From the NCBI GenBank assembly GCA_965227835.1, contig OZ245768.1, forward strand, positions 1,440,001 through 1,472,000: a stretch of 32,000 nt of DNA, in the 5' to 3' direction. Below are positions 10,245 through 19,893 of this stretch, one piece after another. Source of the DNA: Candidatus Saccharimonadota bacterium (GTDB lineage: Bacteria > Patescibacteriota > Gracilibacteria > BD1-5 > UBA6164). The position numbers were made by a program, and so were the translations under genes. The notes beneath the pieces were generated by a model. The model saw only the letters and a program-made list of their open reading frames with translations. It did no database searches and was not told where the DNA came from. Numbering within the stretch: the first letter of the stretch is position 1; every line of letters starts with the position of its first letter.

Positions 10245-13211
10245 TTATTTTTTTGGTATTTTTTTACAAAACTTTCAATTTGTATCAATAAATCACCACT
10301 CTTTACCTTTTAAAACTTTAGCAAAACCTTCATTAAAATATCATACATCATCATAAACTAATTCTCAAATTTCATTTCAATCTGTACCAATAAATCACAG
10401 TTTTTTACCTTTTTTAACTGGAGCAAAACCTTCTCTAAATTCATATACATAATCATAAAAATTTGGAAATTCTTTTCAATCTGTATCAATAAATCACCGT
10501 TTTTCATCTTTTTTAACTCTAGCAAAACCTTCTTTAAAATCTCATACATAATCATAAACTAATTCTCAAATTTCATTTCAATTTGTATCAATAAATCACC
10601 ATTTTTTACCTTTTTTAACTTGAGCAAAACCTTCTTTAAAATGCCATACAACGTCATAAAAATTTGGAAATTCATTTCAATCTATATCAATAAATCACCA
10701 TTTTTTACCTTTTTTAACTGGAGCAAAACCTTCTTTAAAATCTCATACATAATCATAAACTAATTCTCAAATTTCATTTCAATTTGTATCAATAAATCAC
10801 CGTTTTTCATCTTTTTTAACTCTAGCAAAACCTTCTTTAAAATCGTCTATATAATCATAAAAATTTGAAATTAATTTTCATTCTTTATTAATGAGTCAGT
10901 AAATATTATCCTTTTTCCCAATTGCAACTCCATCTTTATATTCTCATATACTATCCCAAAAATATTCTGATTCAATTCAATCTCAATCTCTATCAACAAA
11001 CCAATATCCTCAATCCCTTTCTATACATACAAATTTTTCTCCTTCCTTAAACTTTTTTATTAATTCATCTACAACAGCTTCAAATTTTTCCAAGAAATAT
11101 CATCATAAATTCTTTATAACTTCTGCAAAATCATTTTCAAATCCTGATTTTCAAGCTAACTCTATCAAACTATCTATATCCTCTTTAGAAATTTCAAAAT
11201 CTTTTTTTCACTCCATATCCTCCAACAATCTATTAGCAATAACCCCTATCTCATACCGATTTTTATTTCACTCATTTTTAACTCAAGACCTTGCTAAATA
11301 TTGTAAGAATTCTTTTTGCTTTTTAGTATTATCTGAAAAACCTATCTCATCTAGCTTTCTAATTTCATAAGGATCTAGGTTTGCCAAATCATAAGAATCA
11401 ATAAATTTTGTTCCAGAATCTTTAAAAATATCATTATCAGACATAATATTTCTATCCAAATCATCTCTATCAACATCAATCATCCTATCTTCAAGCAATC
11501 AAATATCAGATTTTATAATTAATCAATTTTGAGAAAAAATCTTAATCAAAAGTAACCTATCACTCAAAGGATAAGATTCATTTGATATAAATTTTACAAT
11601 TTTTGTTTTTATAAATTGTTTAAAACTAAGTCAAGATTCTTTAAATCATTTAAACATACTTATAAAATTTCATGTTTCAAGAATAGCCTTTTGCAAATAA
11701 ACTCAAGACCTATCAGATCATCTTAATGAAATACTCAAATCAGATCATTTTCATAAATAACTATCTTCTATCTCCTTCAAAGCCTTAATAAGATTAAAAA
11801 GAATTCATTCTTTTCATAACTCTTCTTTACTTAATCAATAAATATAACCTTGAGATTCCATTAAATTCATTATAGCTAAATCATAAGCCTCCTCTTTACT
11901 TAGAAAAGGTATTTGTATTCACTTGTATAATCTAACTATAGCAGGGTCTAGTTCCTCTCTGTCAGGATGTTTTTCTGATTTAATATTTGCTGTTGATATA
12001 ACACTTGCCTTTTTTAATATATACTCTTCATCTCAATCTTCTTGAGGAGAATATTTATCTCAAGGTTTTAGAGTAAAAAGATGCTTTACTCTCATAAGAA
12101 TATCATTAGGAATCAAATCTATTTCATCAATAATAGGTATACTTCATTCAACAAAAGATTTTAATAATTTTCATAATTGGGTTCAAGTGGTTGTTCATCA
12201 TTTTCAATCTGATTTCAAAATGGGTTTTGCAATAAACTCAGAAGTGGTAATTCAACTATGTCATGAAATTACCCTGGGGCTATAATCTGGATATAATATT
12301 TTTAATATTTTTAATGCTAATACTGTTTTTCAAGTTCAAGTTGCTCATGTAAGGATAACATTTTCTCACATTATTATATTCTCAATTCATTCATCAATTA
12401 TTTTTTTTCTAGACTCAAAAGTAACAAATCCACTATCTTCTAATTCTTTTTTCCAATTTTTCAATTTGTTTAATCTATAAACAGTTGCATTTTCTCTAGA
12501 ATTTAGCAATTGATTTATTTTTCTTTCTTCCTGTTTAATCTTTTTTTGAATTTGTTTAATTTTACTCACCTCCGCAGGATTGAGACTTTTTCCTGAAATA
12601 AAAGATTTTACCCTTAGAGATAAAATAATTTTTTCAGCCTTTTTGATAGTACTCTCTATCTTTAATATTTCAAAAACTCCTTTTTTTCAATTATTAATTA
12701 TTTCAAACTTATCTTTTCTTTTATTTAATTCATCTAGATATAAACTTCTTACATCCTCATTACTATAAAGTTCTCTGATTCTTTTAAGATCATTTACTTC
12801 TAATCATTCAGATAGAATATAATCTAAACTATCATCATCTTCTTCTATACCACTACTTTCAAAATCTTCTCATAATTTTCATCTTATATACACATCTATT
12901 CATTTTTTGAATTCATCTTTTTTTTCTTTATACTTTTTTTCTTTTTCTTTTATTATTTTTTCAAGCTTTGAAGTTTCTTCTTTTTTATATTCTACTTCTT
13001 CTCAATCAATTATATCTTTTACTTTATTTTTTGATCAATTTTTTAATCATTCAAGTCATCTTTTTAATCTTTTTATCAATTTAAAATCCTCTTTTAATAT
13101 TTCTTTAAAATTATCTTTAGAAAAATATGTTCAAACTAAACTTGCTAATTCTACCCCACCAGATTCTATTTCAGAGATTTTATCAGGATTTTCATTTATA
13201 TTATTACTCAT
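10245..13211 (-). CDS. Coiled-coil / AAA+ (AAA_5, MoxR-like) ATPase / WG-repeat protein, paralog 4 (about 988 aa)
   Basis: ATG 13211-13209 (TAA 13217-13215 upstream) to TAA 10247-10245. The repeat part was checked triplet by triplet. Track fragments 11283..11498 and 12387..12569 are in this frame. C-terminus ...KEWGFIDTNGKFCKKIPKK*. Confidence 0.85.
10275..10890 (-). repeat. 102-bp tandem coding repeats (about 6 copies) inside paralog 4
   Basis: Same unit and same frame as the other arrays. Confidence 0.9.
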
Positions 13212-13241
13212 TTTTTATTTATTTAAACATTATTTATAAAT

Positions 13242-13271
13242 ATTTTAACATAATTATATGTTTTTATGCAA
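13242..13271 (-). promoter_or_regulatory. Putative promoter of paralog 4 (same motif), in the divergent region shared with the VWA gene
   Basis: Identical motif copy: atttta 13242-13247 and atgcaa 13266-13271. Confidence 0.3.
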
Positions 13272-13387
13272 GTATTTTTATTTATAGAAATAATTTTTTA
13301 TATTTAAATTAAATACATTCAAATATTTGATTTAACTTTGAATTTGTTGTAAAATATTTTTAGCTATTAACTATAATCTTTATTGAT

Positions 13388-15646
13388 ATGTGAATATCTA
13401 CAACATCAAAATGACCAAAAGAAGAATTGAATCAAACAGGTCTTGACCTTGAAAACCTGAAAAATTGGGTAAATTTTTACTCAAGAAGACTATGAATTAA
13501 CTTTTTGATAGACGAAAATCTACCAGCCCCTGCTGCTATCCCAGATAATTCTACAAAAACAGATCTAACTATTATGTTAAATCCTAAACTTTTGGTTCAA
13601 AAGTTTGGTTTTAAATCAGAAGAGTTACTTTTTATCATGTTTCATGAAATAGAACACCTGATTGAGGGCTCTAAAATGAAAAGTACAGATGTATGAAAGA
13701 AAATAGCAGAAGAAAGAGAAAGAAGATTCAAAGAAGCCAAACATTTTGCATGAGCAATACATACATTAGAAAATGCTGTAAGAGATGTTTATGTTAATAA
13801 TCAAGGTGTGTCAAAAGCTCCTGTTTTATCTAAAACTAGAAAAGAACTTTATGAAAATCATCTTTTTAAACGGCCTGATTTTTTAAAAACCCCCGAGTTT
13901 TGAAAAGATTGAAAAGAAACTTGAAAATTCTCCCCACTTCCAAAACATTTACAATTTGCATATACTATCCTAAGGGAAGCTATGCTTCCAGAAGAGAAAT
14001 GTAATATAGATCCTGATATAAGACGAAAAATAAATAGTTTTAAAAGAATATGAGTTATAGAAGATTGTGTTAATTGAGATTTATCAAACAGATTAAATAA
14101 TATTTGGGACTATCTGGAACCTACCTATAAAAAACTTTTAGAAGAAGATATAAAAAATAAAAATACTCCTGAAAAACCTAATAATAAAAAATGAGATCAA
14201 TGAAATGATGAAGATAATTGAAATTCTTCTAATAATTCAAATCAAAATGGTGATTGAAAACAAGATGAATCAAATGATGGAAATCAAGACTCATCATGAG
14301 GAAATGGACAGGATTTAGATAGGGAAATTCAAAATGATCTTTGAAAAGGAGAAGAGGGTTTAGATAAAGAAAATCAAAATGGTGATTGAAAACAAGACGA
14401 ATCTGAAACTCAAAATCAAGGTTCACCATGAAGAAATGGAGAAAAAACAACTGAAAATGAACCTGTAGAAACAAATTCAAATAGTCCCGAAGATAAAGGA
14501 GATGAAAACAATTGGGCTAAGAATCCTTTTGAGGATTTATATGAGAATTTTTGAAATCTTCCTCATATATTAGATGAAGCTTTGAGTAAAGATGATATGG
14601 AAAAAGTTAAATCTGAAATAGATAAAAAAGTAAATTCAAGTAAGCCAAAATCAAGAGAACAATTAGAGTTAGAAAATAGAGCTGAAAATATGTGAATTAG
14701 CCGTGATAATCAAGAATTTGAAGATATTGTTGATAAACTAAGGGAATATGATAGATTTCTTGAACAGTTAAAATCTGTAAAGGATAGCGAAACTTGAAAT
14801 AGTGTTATGGAGGAAATATGTAGTTTATTTGAAAATATTAGAGCTAGCAGGTTAAAACCTAAAATGAAATCTAAATGACCAGTTGATATGGAACACTGAG
14901 TTAGACTTGATGGTTGATCTGTTGCTACATGAATTGCTGAAATTAAATCTGGAAATTTTAATCCTTTGATGTTTGCTAAAAATGTAACTCATTTAAAAGA
15001 AAATTTACTTGTTTGAGATTTTGATTTAACCATCATTGCTGATTGAACATGAAGTATGCAATGAGAAAAAAATAGACAACAAAAAATTGCTTTTCTTCTT
15101 ATTTTAGAAGCATTAAAAATGCTACATGATAAAATTGAAATAAATAAATCTTATCTGAAAAAACCTATTAATTTTCAAACTACATGATTTATTTTCGGAA
15201 GACATTCTAGATGCATAAAAGAAAAATCTAGTGATATCAAAGATAAAGAAAGACTCCAATTATACTCTTCATTAGATGAATATGATTGACCTAAAAATAA
15301 TGAATGACTTCTACTTGAAAAAATTTATAAAGACTTTCATTATAATACTTCTGAATCTGAAAAAAAAGAAATAAAAGACTGAAAAACTAAAAAAATCATC
15401 ATTGTTTTGAGTGACTGATGACAAGATGTACCAGAATATGAAAGAAAGTTAAGAGAAAATATAAGTAATTTTAGAAATGACTGAGTTTTAGTCTATGCAG
15501 TAGGTATAACAAATGATTGAAGTCCTGTTGTTGATCTATTTTCTTGAGAAAATAAATCTCTTTGATTTTGACAGGTCTGTGAAGATGTTTGAGATCTAGC
15601 TAAAACAATAAAAGACTTACTTGTGGATCATATAAAAGAGATTTAA
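13388..15646 (+). CDS. HExxH metallopeptidase-like (DUF2201_N-type) + von Willebrand factor A domain protein (about 752 aa)
   Basis: Table-25 ORF from ATG 13388 (in-frame TAG at 13361) to TAA 15644-15646, with many in-frame TGA. N-terminal part ...TIMLNPKLL...ELLFIMFHEIEHLIEG (HExxH). C-terminal part DLTIIADGTGSM (MIDAS-like DxTxS) ... KKIIIVLSDGGQD ... VLVYAVGITNDG, typical of VWA. A central G/D/N/Q-rich low-complexity region separates them. Confidence 0.8.
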
Positions 15647-15804
15647 GAAAAAAATATTTATTTTTATCCTAACTAAGTAATTTTTTAATCTTTCTTTAAA
15701 TCTTAATCAGTTCTATTTTTAATAGCTAGAAAATTGTAAGATGAAATATATTAAATGAAACAGGGTTAAATATTTAAATTACTATTTAATTTACTCTTAT
15801 TAAT

Positions 15805-17031
15805 TTAAGATTTTTCTAAAAATTCACTTATCATTTTTATAATTAAATTTTCATTTACTACCTTTCTTCCTGAATCATAAGTTGTTCTTAATGCTTCTTT
15901 TGAGTTATCTAGTTGGTTTATTTCTATATCTTTATTATCTATTAAAATAATTTTTCATTTTGCTTCTAATTTTTTAAGTATATCCAGATATTCCTTTGTA
16001 TATATTTCATCTCATTTATTAAATATAGTTCCAACCTTATTGCTATCAAGTAAATTCAAAATTCTTTCAATTACTTCTCATTTGTATTTATTTTTTGGTC
16101 TATCTGTATTTTCTGGTAGTATTATTATTGGTATAATAGAATCTTTTAAATTTAATCAATCATTACTTAATATTTCATGTCATAATGGTAAAGATTTTCT
16201 TGATAATAAACTATGCTCTATAGGAAGAGGATCTGCAAAACTTCAATCACTTGATTTTATGACTACTCATTCTACATTTAAATTTCTACCATATCATGAC
16301 AATCTAGGAACTGCTTTTGTAGCTTCTAGTGCTTTCATAAATTCTTCTCATTCTAAATATGTAGCTCAATCAACTCATTTTTTATTTGTTATGTAGAAAG
16401 CATTTCAATTTTTATCATCTCTAAGAGGTACTATTAGAGTTATATTTGATTTTTTTAATTCTTCTAAGTTCAATTTTACTCACTTAATTTTCCCTCAGTC
16501 TTCTATATCATTACTGAAAAGCCTTATAACTTCTCCTGGATCTAGAAGCATCTCAAAATCTTTTAATTTTCAAGAAAATACATCTTCTGGATTTTCCAAT
16601 ATAGATGACACTGAAGAACTTGTCGTAAACATTCCTAGTAATATCTCTTTAACTTTTATATTTAAATATTTTAATTCAGCAATACGTTTTAAAAACAATC
16701 TTCAAATTAACTTTATATCACTATTAGGCTTTAGAAATTTTTTATTATCTGCTAATCAATTCAACCATATATTTGTTCATTTTTCAAACTGTCATGAGGC
16801 ATAATAGGCTAGAGTTCAAGCACTTGCTGATGGTCATAGTACATAATTTGCTTTTATTCATTTATCTTCTAACCCTTGTATTGCACCGAGTATCCATGCT
16901 CATTTCATGGCTCAACCTGGAGAAACTATGGCAAATTCAATATTTTTATCTTGTTTTAATCTTTCCATTATTATGTCAATACCTTTTTCTCTTTCATTTT
17001 TCTCATAACTTCTATATTTTATGCTCTCCAT
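15805..17031 (-). CDS. Patatin-like phospholipase (about 408 aa)
   Basis: Table-25 ORF from ATG 17031-17029 to TAA 15807-15805; an alternative in-frame ATG lies at 17076. Motifs: FAIVSPGGAMKGAW (oxyanion Gly-rich loop), YVLGPSASAGTLAYY (variant nucleophile elbow) and SSDGSFADPLPI (catalytic Asp, DG motif). Confidence 0.75.
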
Positions 17032-17344
17032 ACTTAAAATTATTTTAAAAATTAAACTATAAATTAATTTTATCATAAATAATTTTTAAACACAAAAAAT
17101 CTTTTATATCCAATAATTCTATAATTAGCTATTATTTTTAATAAGAAATGTTCAAAATAGTAATTTATATTAAAGCCTTTAGCTTATTTTCAATTTATCA
17201 AATTTTTCTCAAAAAATATTATAAAGTTCATGAACATATAGTGCATGAGGGAATAAAATAAAAAATTTATATTTTTTATTTTCAAGTTTACGTTTATAAT
17301 AATTAAAGTAAAAATTATTTAAAAACCTATTAAAATTATTGTAA

Positions 17345-18496
17345 ATGAAAACCTATACTCTTTGAAAAATTAATGACTTCACTCAAAAAAATATCATCCA
17401 GTGATTTAATTTGAATCCAGAATTTTGTCACGATATAGCAATGCTTATTTCTAAAAATCTTGAAAAAACACAGTGGATATTAGATCAAATAAAAGAAGCA
17501 TGTTATTTAGAAGGAGAAGAAAATTTAAAAATAAATATCTCTGGTTTAGAATTAAAAAATCCTGTAGGCCTTGCAGCTTGATTTGTAAAATCCCCATTTG
17601 GTCTTAAATTTTGGGAGGCTTTTTGATTTGGTTTTATAAGTATATGATGAATTACCGAATATCCTCAACCTTGAAATAAAAAACAAAGAATATTTCGTAC
17701 TTCTTCACAAGATATTGTAAATGGTATGGGGCTTCCCTGAAATGGTCTTTATGAAACAGTATCAATGCTAGCTGAAAGGAAGTATAAATGAGAGTATCCA
17801 CAAATTCCTATATGAGCAAACTTATGTAATAGTTCTATTACGAAACCTGAAAATAAAATAGAAGAATTTAAAAATCAAATCCTTGCTTTATACCCTTATG
17901 TTGATTATTTTGAAATAAATATTAGTTGCCCAAATCAAGCTGGTATATGTTTACTTGGAGAACAGTTGGAAAATATATTAAAGGAGCTTAGTAATTATAA
18001 CGATTTTGTTGCCTATAGCTTTTGAAAGAAAAATAAACTTTTTGTGAAAATATCACCTCTTAGCATAAATCATAATGACCCTAAAGATGGTAGTATAGAA
18101 TGATTAAAAACTATCGCTGAAATATGTAACATATATAGTGATGATCAAATACATTGAGTTATAGCCACAAATACTGCTAAAGAGCATAAATATATAGATA
18201 AAACACAAATTCAAACACCCAGTTGAGATATTATTACTTGATGAGCTTCAGGTAAACAAATCCAAGAACGTTCTAAAAAGACTGTATATGAATTAAGGAA
18301 AGTTTTAAATAAAAAAATACCTATAATATGAGTATGAGGTATTTGATATGATGAGGTGGGAGAAGAGTGAAAAAGTGCTATTCAAATGCTTGATTCGGGA
18401 GCATCTAGTTTACAAATATATTCATCTTTTGTCCAAAAATCAGTTTTAGTTGTAAGACAATCAAAAAACGCAATATTAAATATAAATAATAATTAA
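17345..18496 (+). CDS. pyrD: Dihydroorotate dehydrogenase
   Basis: ATG 17345 to TAA 18494-18496 under table 25. Motifs: NPVGLAAGF (Gly = TGA at 17579-17581), [62 protein letters not shown] and IIGVGGI. Confidence 0.9.
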
Positions 18497-18499
18497 ACT

Positions 18500-18652
18500 T
18501 TAATTTACTAGTTTAACAAAATCTTTATAAAGTTTATTGAGTCATGTTTTCTCATCTAGTTTTTTATATTTTTCTTCAAGCTTCTGTCTTTCATCATAAA
18601 TTTTTTCTGACTCGTAAGCGAGAGCTTCATATTGCTTATAATATTTTGCCAT
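18500..18652 (-). CDS. Small coiled-coil ORF, likely the true C-terminus of the upstream ORF after a 1-nt shift
   Basis: Frame is open from 18682. MAKYYKQYEALAYESEKIYDERQKLEEKYKKLDEKTGLNKLYKDFVKLVN*, with TAA at 18502-18500. It overlaps 18556..18966 in another frame. Two T6 runs (18664-18669 and 18676-18681) lie in the switch window. Confidence 0.35.
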
Positions 18653-18966
18653 AATTTCCTGTATTTTTTCAGAAATTTTTTGTTATTTCAAAAATATTCC
18701 CATGAATCATCATCAATAATAGCAAGTGTATGATATTGTATTTCTCAATTGGTTTTTATATTTGCATTAAACCAAGGAATTCAATATTCATCAATATTAT
18801 CTATCATAACAACAGGATTATTTTTTATAATTTTATCCAAAATATCTGCAGTAGAAAAATCATCCATATCTAAGTTTGGATGATTTTTTTCATAGTCTTT
18901 TATATCTGATTTTGGGATTTTTGTAAGTAAGATTCTATCTCAAACTTTCAATTCTTGTCTTTTCAT
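18556..18966 (-). CDS. Hypothetical protein, probably frameshifted near its 3' end
   Basis: ATG 18966-18964 to TAG 18558-18556. MKRQELKVGDRILLTKIPKSDIKDYEKNHPNLDMDDF...IIDDDSWEYF, then a basic, out-of-frame-looking tail. See the overlapping ORF 18500..18652. Confidence 0.5.
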
Positions 18967-19059
18967 ATTTTTTTGTTTATAATCCAATACTCATTTTAAA
19001 TAAATTATTTTTACTTATTAACTTTTTAATAGATGTTAATTTTACAGAAGTTCCTTTGC

Positions 19060-19884
19060 TTACTCACTAAACTTTCCTTTCAAAACATTTCTAAAAAAAC
19101 CGAATAAAAAATCCAAATCAGTTTTTATAGGATGTTTTTCATATTTTCTCAAATATAATCTTTCTAATGCTTCTAAATTTGAAATATTTTTTGTTTTTTT
19201 TAGACAATAATAAATTGAAATAAGGCCATACTTTATATTCTGTTCTAACCTTTTTCTAAACTTAGGTGTATAATCTTCCAAATCCCTTATTTCTTTAGGT
19301 CTAATCCCAACTAGCTTTAAATCTCCTTTCAAAAGCCAGTATATTTGTGGAATTTCATCTATCCAATACTTCCTTAAAAACTTATGGAATCTAGATATGT
19401 AAAGCCCTTCATGGTTAGGTTTTCCTTTAGAATTTAAAGACCTATCTTTGGGATGATTATTCAAAGTTCTAATTTTTGGTAAACTAATATATTTTCATTT
19501 TTGAATTGTTTTTCTCCAATAGAAAAAACTCATATTATGGTTTGTTTCTTCATATTTATTTTTTTCCTCTTCTTCCATCTTTTTTTCCTCTTTAAAAGAG
19601 ATTTTATTTATTACTTTATTATAATTTTTTCAATATATAAAACTATACTCTTCTTCTAAATCTTTTGATACATAATTTGTTATCCACATATCATTTAATG
19701 AATTTTTATCATAGTCTATTGAATCTAGCTCTGGATTTTCTAGTAATTCTCTTGCTTTCATTTTACAATATTCTAAGTATTTATTGGTATGGTTAAATCC
19801 ATATTCATCTTTCAAAAAATACTTATTTTTAAAAATTGTTTCTACACCTTTAAGACAAGAATGTTTGCTTTTTGTATAAATCAT
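19060..19884 (-). CDS. Chimeric protein: N-terminal module shared with the CHC2 gene + bacterial sugar transferase (PglC/WbaP C-terminal type) catalytic domain without TM helix
   Basis: Table-25 ORF from ATG 19884 to TAA 19062-19060; track ORFs 19630..19884 and 19060..19464 are joined through TGA codons at 19632-19630 and 19497-19495. Motifs: GKYISLPKIRTL (KFRTM-like) and FLRKYWIDEIPQIYWLLKGDLKLVGIRP (DE-PQ...VGPRP signature). No hydrophobic N-terminal segment. Confidence 0.65.
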
Positions 19885-19893
19885 AAAAATTTT

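Noticed and set aside
1-13211. A diversity-generating retroelement acting on the WG repeats.
   Set aside because: No reverse transcriptase and no template/variable repeat pair are present in the window, and the variation is not adenine-specific. Recombination plus selection is sufficient.
1-13300. Could the 102-bp repeats be a CRISPR array, or the 3.2-3.7-kb units be IS elements, transposons or prophage copies?
   Set aside because: There is no repeat-spacer alternation: adjacent units are all homologous and in-frame coding. There are no terminal inverted repeats and no transposase, integrase or cas genes. The units are whole transcription units of one protein family.
15647-15804. Looked for a shared bidirectional terminator between the convergent VWA and patatin genes.
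   Set aside because: No convincing stem-loop with flanking A/T runs could be found by eye, so nothing is reported.
16040-17048. Plus-strand track ORFs 16040..16396 and 16773..17048.
   Set aside because: They are antisense to the patatin-like gene, which is continuous under table 25 and has recognisable catalytic motifs.
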